NCBI GenBank assembly: GCA_963717145.1
Contig: OY970325.1
Coordinates: 4,928,001-4,992,000 of the forward strand
DNA length: 64,000 bases
Source: an uncultured Armatimonadetes bacterium
GTDB lineage: Bacteria > Armatimonadota > UBA5829 > DTJY01
Reading direction: 5' to 3'
A program made the translations under genes and the position numbers. The notes below the pieces were generated by a model. That model saw only the letters and a list, made by a program, of their open reading frames with translations, had not been told where the DNA came from and ran no database searches. Shown here piece after piece: positions 10,567-19,779 of the stretch (position 1 is its first letter; the number at the start of each line of letters is the position of its first letter).

Positions 10567-11817
10567 TCACCTCACCAACTCCTGAAGATGCAGGCGGATT
10601 TTTGTGATTGCTCCGGCGATCTCTTCCATATCATGGCGATCACCGAGCAACAGGTTCTGTGGCAGCCAGACGGCTTCACGACAGATCTGCTCAGCGACGT
10701 GACAGCGGTCGGCATACGCGGAAGAAACATCCTCACTGAACCCAAACAGCGGATTCCTATAGATTGGATGTGAATAACCCTCGGTGCATGGAATGCCTTC
10801 TGCATTCAGCGCCACGACGAACCGCCTACGACTGAGCCCCGGCCAGGCATCCCGCTGGAAACGGAAGGCAAACAGGTGAAAGATCGGATTTGTGGCACGG
10901 GGATCGAGGTGTTTGACCAGGATTCCCTCCATGCCGCTCAGAAACTCCGTCAGGTACGCCGCATTCGCCGCACGGGTTGCACGTTGGACGTCAAAGCGGC
11001 GCAGCTGTGCGCAAGCCACCGCAGCTTGCAACTCTGTTAACCGGTAGTTCCACCCCAACTCCGAATGCGTATACCAGGGGCTGCCGAAAGCTCTTCCCAG
11101 GGTGTGCAGTGCATAGAGTTTGTGGTAATGATCTTCGCTGTTGGTAACAACGACTCCACCTTCGCCACATGTGAGATTCTTCGACCCTTGCAGGCTAAAG
11201 CATCCGATGTCACCCATTGAGCCGATCGGACGTCCGCACCAACTCGCGTTCACGGCTTGTGCTGCATCTTCTATCACGGATAGTCCGTGCCGTTCGGCCA
11301 AGGTGCACAGGGTATCCATCTCGCATGGCTGCCCTGCAAAATGCACCGCGATGATGGCGCGTGTCTTATCGGTAAGGTGGTCTGGGATGTCGTGAACGTT
11401 CAGATTCCATGTATCGGGACATATGTCGACAAACACCGGAACAGCGCCCGCGTGGAGAATGCATGTAGCGCTAGAAATGAAGGAATACGGCGACACAACG
11501 ACTTCGTCGCCTCGCTGGATATCCACACAACTGACCGCCATGTCTAATGCTGCAGTGCCGCTAGCGACAGCCAACGCGTAGCGGGCGGCGTGCCGCTGGG
11601 CAAAGGCCTGCTCCAGCCGCTCAAGATAGCCATCATTGTTCCCTTGTGGAGATTGCCTTGCCAAACTCACCCGTGACCAACGACCAAGACGCAGGGCATC
11701 CAACATTGCTGACTCATCACTCGCATCCCATTGCGGCCAGGCTGGGAACGGTTTGGACTTTACCTTCTGTCCTCCACATATCGCTAGCTTGCACGTATCT
11801 CGCTCAAGATAGGGCAT
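10567..11817 (-). CDS. DegT/DnrJ/EryC1/StrS PLP-dependent aminotransferase (AHBA-synthase-related)
   Basis: SGTAAL, IEDAAQA, FSLQGSKNLTCGEGG, GWNYRLTELQAA. Confidence 0.92.
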   Translation of the reverse strand: MPYLERDTCKLAICGGQKVKSKPFPAWPQWDASDESAMLDALRLGRWSRVSLARQSPQGNNDGYLERLEQAFAQRHAARYALAVASGTAALDMAVSCVDIQRGDEVVVSPYSFISSATCILHAGAVPVFVDICPDTWNLNVHDIPDHLTDKTRAIIAVHFAGQPCEMDTLCTLAERHGLSVIEDAAQAVNASWCGRPIGSMGDIGCFSLQGSKNLTCGEGGVVVTNSEDHYHKLYALHTLGRAFGSPWYTHSELGWNYRLTELQAAVACAQLRRFDVQRATRAANAAYLTEFLSGMEGILVKHLDPRATNPIFHLFAFRFQRDAWPGLSRRRFVVALNAEGIPCTEGYSHPIYRNPLFGFSEDVSSAYADRCHVAEQICREAVWLPQNLLLGDRHDMEEIAGAITKIRLHLQELVR

Positions 11818-12018
11818 GTTGTCAATGGGTGCATGGAAGCGTGATCAACCAAACGGGGCCTTGTGCTGCTTGGTACTTTACCCGGCCTGAGTTCTCTTCA
11901 CACCGCCGACAGACCCCCACTCCTTTCCTGTCCAAGCTACGCCTTGTAACCCCTGAGTGTTGAGCTTATGAGATAACGCTTAGCTCCCATGCACTGGACA
12001 GATTCCATTACCAGCGTC

Positions 12019-12435
12019 CTAGGGTCCTGCTACCATATCATCGCCGTATTGTTCATCTTGCTGCGGAAAGCCTCGCAGAACTCCATGTATCTCCATGCGT
12101 TCAGGCTGAAATGCCTGTCGAAACACGGGAATAGCCTCGTGCGGAACGCCTTCTCCGCAGGCGAACACATCTAGGGCTGCATAGCCCTTCTCCGGCCACG
12201 AATGGAAACTGATATGTGATTCACAGAGCAAGACCACAGCCGTCACGCCGGCTGTACATGGAAACGTGTGTACTCTGGTATCTATCACCGTAGTACGACA
12301 AGCCGAAGCCGCAGCCAGCAACGTGTCTCTCACAAACTCGGGATCATCCAACCGAGTCGCTCCCCAGATATCAATCGCGAGATGAACACCAAGGACTTGG
12401 TAGTCATCCGGGCTTGGGCCCTGTCGAGTTATCAT
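12019..12435 (-). CDS. speD: S-adenosylmethionine decarboxylase proenzyme
   Basis: GVHLAID..., GVTAVVLLCESHISFHSWPEKGYAALDVFACG containing the pyruvoyl ESH cleavage site; start inferred at ATG 12435. Confidence 0.88.
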   Translation of the reverse strand: MITRQGPSPDDYQVLGVHLAIDIWGATRLDDPEFVRDTLLAAASACRTTVIDTRVHTFPCTAGVTAVVLLCESHISFHSWPEKGYAALDVFACGEGVPHEAIPVFRQAFQPERMEIHGVLRGFPQQDEQYGDDMVAGP

Positions 12436-12806
12436 AGATCCAAGCACAGCACATTTCCCTCTCAGCAGAAGTTGTGCATCGACTCTATAGCATTGCCGCC
12501 ACGTATCGACCCATACTGGCGAACCGACACCCCTTACCGTCCTGCTCACCTTGGCTATCGTGCACCGAAGCAGAAGCAGCACTCCCGACGGCCCAACGAT
12601 GGCATCACAACATGGACATGAAGCCTGTAATGTGCGTAATGGATATCGCTGCGTTTGGAAGCATCATGCTCTCATCTTGCTGTTGGCGATCCAGCAATGA
12701 TATGGGCGCAGTTCTGACCACGTTATCGCTCAACTCGAATCGACCTTGCGTTAGGTTGAAAGGAGAGTGCTTCCTGCTCATCTTCAATGCACTGTACATC
12801 CTAGTC

Positions 12807-12835
12807 AGTATATCATTCAGTCACCCGGAAGTCAA
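12807..12835 (-). promoter_or_regulatory. sigma70-type promoter TTGACT-N17-TATACT for the leftward speD to btrH-like operon
   Basis: On the + strand, agtcaa at 12830-12835 and agtata at 12807-12812. Confidence 0.75.
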
Positions 12836-12841
12836 CATGAC

Positions 12842-14308
12842 GTAACAGTTCACGCTTGGGGATAACGAGTTTGATCAGGCAGGGAAGAGGACAGACTTGC
12901 CTGCGAGCAGTTGCCTGCATGATTCGAGCATGTCCAGACCCCTGACGTGCCATGTGCCAAACAGACTCATGAGCGTCATCTTTGTCTCGGAACCCTTCGC
13001 GCTTCGTGTGCCTCCGCATACCTTGCGGGCGATCACACACGGCCTCAGCGCTCGTTCTGCGCCATTGTTGTCCGACGGTACTTCCGGGTACTCTACGAAC
13101 ATGAACAACTCGTGCAAGCGATCTATGAATCTCTTTGCCAGCGTCTGCTGTGGAGCATCTGAGCCGACATACGGACCTGAGAGCGCCTCTACCTCTTCCT
13201 CGAAGAGTACTCGCTTCCACTTGCGAACCTCCGCCTTCTTGCTCCGGAACTCCTTTGCCCGATCGTAAACACCCTTCACCGCATCCGCCCATGCGATGAC
13301 GCCCGTGTCGTCCGCGTTCCTCTCCTTCAGTTTGTGCAGATCCCTGGCCAGATGTGCCCAGCATATCTGGCGGTCTGCAACTACCGGGTTGTATCCGGCA
13401 TAGCAATCCGTTACCACTACCCCTTCGTAGTCGCCGCCTATCGTTTCCTTCGGGATCTCTCCACTCCGACTCCGCCGGTAGATGAAGTAGCGCACGTTCT
13501 TAGTGGAGAAGGTCCAGATGTATCCGTTCAGCCCATCCTCTCTCCAGCCCGTCTCGTCTGCGTTTATGTATGGGCTTCCACGTACAAGCGAGAGTAGCCG
13601 CTCTTTCTCTTTTTTGCCACAGTCTGCCACCGTGTGCAATATCTCGCTTATCTCTCCCACAGAGAGCTGAAGACCATACAGAGCCTTCAGCAATCCCTGT
13701 ATCGTCCGCTTTGTCATGCGACCTACCGTCGAAAGATACGATATCAGGCTCATCAGGTTCACGCCTACCCGATGCTTGCCTACAACCTGGCCGGAAAGGT
13801 CAACCTTCGGCACATGACTCTTGCCACAGTATCCGCATCTTCTGGCGATGAACCTGTGCTCGACTACGTCCACAGGCACGATGGGGATGTCGATGACTTG
13901 GCGGAGTCTCTTTACCGTGCCCCCTGTGAGCGCTCGGCCGCAGTCCGGACACTTCGAGTGCGCGTGCTCGACTACACGGGTGGGTGTCTCCCGCCTGCGC
14001 ACGAACGACTTCTTGCGCTTCTTTCGTTCAGCTGCCCGGCGCTCTTTGCGGTTCGGCTTCACCCAGTCAGGCACGGATGGGGAACTGCCATCACCGCCGG
14101 AAAGCCTGGCGCGAAGGTCTTCGTTCTCCTTCTCCAGGTCGCCGATACGCGCCACGAGTTGGGGAACTAGACCTTCCAACTGGCTGACCCTGGCCTCAAG
14201 CTCCTCGTATGTCGGCTTGGATTGCTCGCTCACACTCCTTGGTTCGAGACGCTCCCAGCAGGTTCCTTCTTCTTACAGACAAAATAATCCCTAAGCCTGA
14301 ACTGTTAC
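12842..14308 (-). mobile_element. Compact IS66-family element, copy 2, with perfect 8-bp TSD
   Basis: IR GTAACAGTTCA / TGAACTGTTAC; TSD aacatgac at 12834-12841 and 14309-14316. Confidence 0.93.
12875..14233 (-). CDS. IS66 family transposase
   Basis: CPDCG, ADETGW, QICWAH, PSDNNGAERALR. Confidence 0.92.
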   Translation of the reverse strand: MSEQSKPTYEELEARVSQLEGLVPQLVARIGDLEKENEDLRARLSGGDGSSPSVPDWVKPNRKERRAAERKKRKKSFVRRRETPTRVVEHAHSKCPDCGRALTGGTVKRLRQVIDIPIVPVDVVEHRFIARRCGYCGKSHVPKVDLSGQVVGKHRVGVNLMSLISYLSTVGRMTKRTIQGLLKALYGLQLSVGEISEILHTVADCGKKEKERLLSLVRGSPYINADETGWREDGLNGYIWTFSTKNVRYFIYRRSRSGEIPKETIGGDYEGVVVTDCYAGYNPVVADRQICWAHLARDLHKLKERNADDTGVIAWADAVKGVYDRAKEFRSKKAEVRKWKRVLFEEEVEALSGPYVGSDAPQQTLAKRFIDRLHELFMFVEYPEVPSDNNGAERALRPCVIARKVCGGTRSAKGSETKMTLMSLFGTWHVRGLDMLESCRQLLAGKSVLFPA

Positions 14309-14315
14309 AACATGA

Positions 14316-15674
14316 CGAATTGCCTCACCAAAGATGTTACCGAAGTGGATTCGTTGCCTCACGAATGAATGTTACTGTAGAACAGAGGCATGGAGAGGAT
14401 GAGCACTTCAACAACAAGAGAGATCATGAGGCGAAGGAGAAAGGAGTATCTAAGGAGTGGGAAATCGGCCAAGAAGGTGATACTGGACGAGCTGGAGGAG
14501 TTGACCGGTTATCACCGGAAGTCGCTGGTAAGGATGTTTCGAGGAGGCGTGAAGAGGAGGAATGCGCCGATCAGGAGACCTCGAGCTTCGAAGTACGAGG
14601 CGATCCTGCCGCTGCTCAAGGTCCTGTGGGCTACAAGCTTCTACGCCTGCGGGAAGCGGCTTGCTCCGTTCTTGCTGGAACTGGTTTCGGTGATGAAGAG
14701 GTTCGGAGAGATCCGGCCAACCGTGAGTGAGGAGTCGCTGCTTGCCTCGATCAGCGCGGCCACGATAGACAGGATGCTGACGCCGGATCGGGAGTCCATG
14801 AGGGTGAAGGGACGTACGACGACCAAGCCTGGGACGCTGCTTCGGAGCAGGATCGCGATAAGGACCTTCGCCCAGTGGGACGAGAACGAGCCTGGATTCT
14901 TTGAGTTCGACCTGGTAGGCCACTGCGGTGGGACAGCGAGAGGAGAGTTCCTGTATACCCTGAACATGACGGACGTGCACTCCGGCTGGATAGCGCTCGG
15001 CGGTATGAAAGGCAGAGGAGAGCGAGGCACCGTCCTGGCGATCAAATCCGCGTCCGCTCAGCTATCATTCAGGGTCAAAGGGATGGACTCAGACAACGAC
15101 AGCGCATTCATCAACTATCATCTGGCACGGTACTGCCGCCGGGAGAACATATTGCCGACCCGCAGCCGGCCGTACAAGAAGAACGATCAGTGTCATGTGG
15201 AGCAGAAGAACTGGACCGTGGTGAGGCAGTTCATCGGCTACCGGCGATTCGAGACTGATGAGCAGTTGGCCATACTCCAGAAGGTCTATCCGCTGATCAT
15301 GGCCTACCACAACTACTTCTCTCCCATGATGAAGCTTGCCGAGAAGGAACGTGATGGGAGCAAGGTGACCAAGCGCTATACGAAAGCGATGACTCCATAC
15401 CAGAGGCTTCTCATGGCCGACGGATGCATGGACGAGGCTACCAAGGGTCAACTGGCGCGAGAGTATGAATCCACAAACCCGGCCGAACTGCTCAGACGGA
15501 TACGAATGCTGCTCAGACAACTGGAGGACATGCCCACCGAGCAGGCCGATCCCAGGGTACGGTGACCCAGGAGCACGCCTGCTTACGTACCCGGACACGT
15601 AAGACCACTTTCGGTAACAATCCAGATGAGGCAATGATCACCGTTTCGGTAACAAGGATTAATGAGGCAACACG
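14316..15674 (+). mobile_element. ISNCY/IS481-like insertion sequence, copy 2 (diverged relative of copy 1)
   Basis: Ends CGAATTGCCTCA... and ...TGAGGCAACACG with doubled subterminal repeats; direct repeat catga(c) at 14311-14316 and 15675-15680. Confidence 0.87.
14390..15565 (+). CDS. Integrase-core (rve) DDE transposase
   Basis: Colinear homolog of 112..1296 (EFDLVGHCG, DSDNDSAFIN, SRPYKKNDQCHVEQKN). Confidence 0.9.
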   Translation: MERMSTSTTREIMRRRRKEYLRSGKSAKKVILDELEELTGYHRKSLVRMFRGGVKRRNAPIRRPRASKYEAILPLLKVLWATSFYACGKRLAPFLLELVSVMKRFGEIRPTVSEESLLASISAATIDRMLTPDRESMRVKGRTTTKPGTLLRSRIAIRTFAQWDENEPGFFEFDLVGHCGGTARGEFLYTLNMTDVHSGWIALGGMKGRGERGTVLAIKSASAQLSFRVKGMDSDNDSAFINYHLARYCRRENILPTRSRPYKKNDQCHVEQKNWTVVRQFIGYRRFETDEQLAILQKVYPLIMAYHNYFSPMMKLAEKERDGSKVTKRYTKAMTPYQRLLMADGCMDEATKGQLAREYESTNPAELLRRIRMLLRQLEDMPTEQADPRVR

Positions 15675-15680
15675 CATGAC

Positions 15681-17156
15681 GTAACAGTTCACGCTTGGGG
15701 ATAACGAGTTTGATCAGGCGGGGAAGAGGACAGACTTGCCTGCGAGCAGTTGCCTGCAGGACTCGAGCATGTCCAGCCCTCGGACGTGCCATGTGCCAAA
15801 CAGACTCATGAGCGTCATCTTTGTCTCGGAACCCTTCGCGCTTCGTGTGCCTCCGCATACCTTGCGGGCGATCACACACGGCCTCAGCGCTCGTTCTGCG
15901 CCATTGTTGTCCGACGGTACTTCCGGGTACTCTACGAACATGAACAACTCATGCAAGCGATCCGTCAATCTCTTTGCCAGCACCTGCTGTGGAACCTCTA
16001 AGCCGACATACGGACCTGAGAGCGTCTCTACCTCTTCCTCGAAGAGCACTCGCTTCCACTTGCGAACCTCCGCCTTCTTGCTCCGGAACTTCTTTGCCTG
16101 ATCGTAAACACCCTTCACCGCATCCGCCCATGATATGACGTCCGGGTTATCGGCGTTCTTCTCCTTCAGTTTGTGCAGTTCCCTGGCCAGATGTGCCCAG
16201 CATATCTGACGGTCTGCAACTACGGGGTTGTATCCGGCGTAGCAATCCGTTACCACCACCCCTTCGTAGTCGCCGCCTATCGTTTCCTTAGGTATCTCTC
16301 CGCTCCGACTCCGCCGGTAGATGAAGTATCGCACGTTCTTAGTGGAGAAGGTCCAGATGTATCCGTTGAGCCCGTCCTCTCTCCAGCCCGTCTCGTCTGC
16401 GTTTATGTATGGACTTCCGCGTACAAGCGATAGAAGTCCCTTCATCTCGCCTCTGCCACAGCCTGCCACCGTGTGCAATATCTCGCTTATCTCTCCCACA
16501 GAGAGATGAAGACGATACAGAGCCTTCAGCAACCCCTGTATCGTTCGCTTTGTCATACGGCCTACTGTCGAAAGATACGATATCAGGCTCATCAGGTTCA
16601 CGCCTACTCGATGCTTGCCTACAACCTGGCTCGACAGGTCAACCTTCGGCACATGCGCCTTGCCACAGTATCCGCATCTTCTGGCGATGAATCTGTGCTC
16701 GACTATGTCCACAGGCACGATCGGTATATCAATAACCTGGCGGACTCTCTTTACCGTGCCCTCCGTGAGTGCCCGACCGCAGTCCGGACACTTCGAGTGC
16801 GCATGCTCGACTACACGGGTGGGGGTCTCCCGCCTGCGAACGAACGACTTCTGGCGCTTCTTTCGTTCGGCTGCCCGGCGCTCTTTGCGGTTCGGCTTGA
16901 CCCAGTCAGGTATGGGGGTGGAACTGCCGCCACCCGAGAGCTTTGCCTTGAGATCCTCCAGTTCCTTGACGAGACGCTGGATCATCTCCCGCTGCTCCAG
17001 GACAATGCCCACCAATTCTTCTCTTGTCAGACCGTCGAACTCTTCCACACAGGCATGTTCCACCCGCCCGGCCAAGGGTCCTTCCTATTGCAAGCCGACA
17101 ATGTCGGAAAAACTCTCACTGCTCTCGCAAAATGATCCACAAGCCTGAACTGTTAC
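15681..17156 (-). mobile_element. Compact IS66-family element, copy 3
   Basis: IR GTAACAGTTCA at 15681 and TGAACTGTTAC ending at 17156; very similar to copy 2 except at the 5' end; right flank cacatggc matches aacatgac at 6 of 8 positions. Confidence 0.9.
15714..17075 (-). CDS. IS66 family transposase
   Basis: Same motifs as 12875..14233. Confidence 0.92.
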   Translation of the reverse strand: MAGRVEHACVEEFDGLTREELVGIVLEQREMIQRLVKELEDLKAKLSGGGSSTPIPDWVKPNRKERRAAERKKRQKSFVRRRETPTRVVEHAHSKCPDCGRALTEGTVKRVRQVIDIPIVPVDIVEHRFIARRCGYCGKAHVPKVDLSSQVVGKHRVGVNLMSLISYLSTVGRMTKRTIQGLLKALYRLHLSVGEISEILHTVAGCGRGEMKGLLSLVRGSPYINADETGWREDGLNGYIWTFSTKNVRYFIYRRSRSGEIPKETIGGDYEGVVVTDCYAGYNPVVADRQICWAHLARELHKLKEKNADNPDVISWADAVKGVYDQAKKFRSKKAEVRKWKRVLFEEEVETLSGPYVGLEVPQQVLAKRLTDRLHELFMFVEYPEVPSDNNGAERALRPCVIARKVCGGTRSAKGSETKMTLMSLFGTWHVRGLDMLESCRQLLAGKSVLFPA

Positions 17157-17189
17157 CACATGGCGAACAGGGCACTTGGCGGCCCACCG

Positions 17190-18001
17190 GAAACAGTTCA
17201 CGATCGTTGATACTGAAGTTGCTCAGGCGGGATTGGCGGAGAGCGGCTGGGAGACGCCGGACAGCATCCGTCGGCATGACTCCATCGCATCCTCGCCCCG
17301 TAGAAGCCAGGTTCCGAACAGACTCATCGGCCCCATCCGGGTCTCAGACCCCTTCGCCGACCGTGTGCCTCCACTGATCTTCCGAGCCGTCACCGCTGGC
17401 CGAATCGCTCGCTCTGCTGCGTTGTTCTCAGAGGGTACTTCCGGATGCTCCACAAAGACGAACAGCTCCGGCAGGAACCTCTCGATCCGCTGAGCCAGTA
17501 TCCGCTGTGGAACGTCCCGCCTCAGGTATGGCCTGGCGAGCCGATACAACTCTTCCTCGAATGCGATCCGCTGCTCGTGCCGAGCCTTCGACTCCTCGTT
17601 CGAATATCTCTTCGCGCGTCTGTAAACGGCCTTGACCTTGCCGACCCAGATCGCAACCGCTCTATCCCCAGTGTTCGCCTCCACAAGGTCTCGCAAGTCT
17701 CGAAGGTAGTGCACCCAGCACCGCTGATGCCGACCCAAGAGCACGTTGTAGCCGCAGTAGAAGTCGCTTACGACTACACCGCCGTAGTCCTCTCCCAGCA
17801 CACCTTTTGCGACCTCTCCGCTCCGACTCTTGTTGCGAACGAAGTAGCGCACGTTTCGCGTCGAGAAGCTCCAGATGTATCCGTTCTTCCCATCTTCTCG
17901 CCAGCCGGTTTCATCCGCGTTCACCGCAGGGCTTCCCCTGACCGCTTGCAGAAGCTTCTCTACCTCGGGCTTGCCCCTGGAGTCCACCTTCTGGAGTATC
18001 A
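17190..18001 (-). pseudogene. 5'-truncated IS66 element, copy 4 (relative of copy 1)
   Basis: Degenerate end GAAACAGTTCACG at 17190; similarity to the copy 1 transposase begins only at ILQKV (about 18001). Confidence 0.85.
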
Positions 18002-18140
18002 GGCAAAAGCTCAGATCATACAGATCGGAAATGTTTTGAGTTCTCTTGAGGGACATCATTTCCAGCGAGGTGTCGGACCTTACCTACGCTTGGCCTTTCC
18101 TGGAATCGTTGAGTGCACCGATCTAGCTACTCTGGATAAC

Positions 18141-19573
18141 GGGTGCATTCGCGTTGAGTGGGTAGCAAGTAAGGAAGGAGTCTCCTGTAATAGTCGGTAA
18201 CGGTTTGTTGAAGGACAAACATTCCGAAAGGAGACTCCCAGAGAATGCTTACACTTTTGCACACAGACTCCCTCCTTCAGGCCGCTCGCGACTTTGCGCG
18301 CAGCTACATCGATTGCACGGACTTAGGGTCAGCCGAGGAGCGTATTCAGATCCTGGCGCGTCAGATTGCCGGCGCAATGATGAGTGAGGTTGCCGCCAAG
18401 ATGAGCGGAAAGCCCACCTACAAGGGTGTTGGGATAGAATGCGAATGCGGCAGACTGGCCAGGTTCAAGGGATACCGGAAACGCTTCATTCGGACTTTGC
18501 ACGGAGACATAGAGGTCGAGAGGTCATACTACCGTTGCGACCATTGCAGGCGGGGCTACATTCCATGGGACCGCGAGCAGGGGCTGTCCGAGAGAGTATG
18601 GACCGCCAGAGTGAAGGAACTCACCGCCTCGATCTGCGCCGCGCTTCCATATGAAGCAGCCGCAAGGCTGATCGAGCGAACCACGGGTATTGCGATCGAA
18701 GAGAGCAGCGAAGAAGAGATAGTCCGGGATGTTGGGGAATGCCTCCGCCGAGAGGAGCAGGAAGCGATCATCTCTGTGGTAGACACAGGTGAAGAGGTCT
18801 CCTGCGAGGCGACGCCACAGAGGCTCTACATTGGCATAGACGCGGCCAAAGCGCACACCGATGGCCAGTGGCATGACATCAAGACCATGGTGGTATACGA
18901 AGGCGTTCCGGCTGCAGGCAAAGACACGGATACCGTCACCAACTCGCGCTACATAGCGGCGCAAGAGACGAGCGACGAGTTCGGGAGACGGGTATACACC
19001 AGAGCACTGCAAGCCGGCTATGACGGGGCAAAAGAGCGTATAGTGATCGCCGACGGCGCAGACTGGATATGGAGAGAGGTCAGGAATCATCTGCCGGAGA
19101 GCATCAAGATCATCGACTACTGGCATGCCTGTGAGCACATATACGGCTTGGCGCGGACACTCTACGGAGAGGGGAATCCCAAAGGGAAGCGCTGGGCAAA
19201 CGAACACTGCCGGAAGCTTAAAGAGAAGGGGCCGGGGAGTCTGCTTAGAGCCATGAAGCGGCGCAGAGCACGAAACGATTCTGAGAGGGAAGCGCTTCGG
19301 ATCGAGACAGGCTACTTCAGAAAGTACCGCAAGTACATGAACTACCCGGCATACAGGGCCAAGGGGATGATGATAGGCAGCGGTCCGGTGGAAGCGGCGT
19401 GCAAGGTGATAGTAGGCCAGAGGTTAAAGCAAGCCGGGATGCGATGGACGAAGGACGGCGCAGATGCAGTGCTCGCGGTGAGAACTGCCCTCCTAAGCGG
19501 CGAACTGGCTCGGATCGAGCACGCAGCACGTGCCGCCTGAGCCGTGCTCTACCCACTCTGAGGAATTCCACCC
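18141..19573 (+). mobile_element. ISKra4/ISLre2-type (prokaryotic Mutator-like) insertion sequence
   Basis: Imperfect IR GGGTGCATTCGCGTTGAGTGGGTAG / CTACCCACTCTGAGGAATTCCACCC; no TSD seen. Confidence 0.85.
18245..19540 (+). CDS. ISKra4 family (UPF0236-like) transposase
   Basis: CECG...RSYYRCDHC, IADGADWIW, IDYWHA, IGSGPVEAACK..QRLKQAGMRW. Confidence 0.9.
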   Translation: MLTLLHTDSLLQAARDFARSYIDCTDLGSAEERIQILARQIAGAMMSEVAAKMSGKPTYKGVGIECECGRLARFKGYRKRFIRTLHGDIEVERSYYRCDHCRRGYIPWDREQGLSERVWTARVKELTASICAALPYEAAARLIERTTGIAIEESSEEEIVRDVGECLRREEQEAIISVVDTGEEVSCEATPQRLYIGIDAAKAHTDGQWHDIKTMVVYEGVPAAGKDTDTVTNSRYIAAQETSDEFGRRVYTRALQAGYDGAKERIVIADGADWIWREVRNHLPESIKIIDYWHACEHIYGLARTLYGEGNPKGKRWANEHCRKLKEKGPGSLLRAMKRRRARNDSEREALRIETGYFRKYRKYMNYPAYRAKGMMIGSGPVEAACKVIVGQRLKQAGMRWTKDGADAVLAVRTALLSGELARIEHAARAA

Positions 19574-19589
19574 CTCATCTGACGTGACC

Positions 19590-19619
19590 TTGACAACTGA
19601 TGAATGGATAGGTTACGAT
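19590..19619 (+). promoter_or_regulatory. sigma70-type promoter TTGACA-N18-TACGAT upstream of the GT9 array
   Basis: TTGACA at 19590-19595, TACGAT at 19614-19619. Confidence 0.65.
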
Positions 19620-19779
19620 TCGCAAAGCATGTTTGTACGGCGAAGAAGCCAGCGACAGGCCTGTGGCCACCTAATGCTGTGATCTCTCGCACAGAGGTCG
19701 TCTCGTCTGAATGCTATCTTGCAGGGTTGTCCCCTAGGTCTGTTGGGGTCATCGATGGTAGTATACGAAAGAGGGAGGC

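Noticed and set aside
12605-12799. 64-aa ORF as a RiPP precursor for the radical SAM enzymes
   Set aside because: No recognisable leader/core pattern, no RRE or peptidase nearby, and the enzyme context points to small-molecule/sugar tailoring.
12436-12800. SAM or other riboswitch upstream of speD
   Set aside because: Some hairpins are present but I could not match consensus elements of known riboswitch classes; an Rfam search is needed.
18002-18140. Another IS end between the truncated IS66 and the ISKra4 element
   Set aside because: No partner inverted repeat or coding remnant could be identified.
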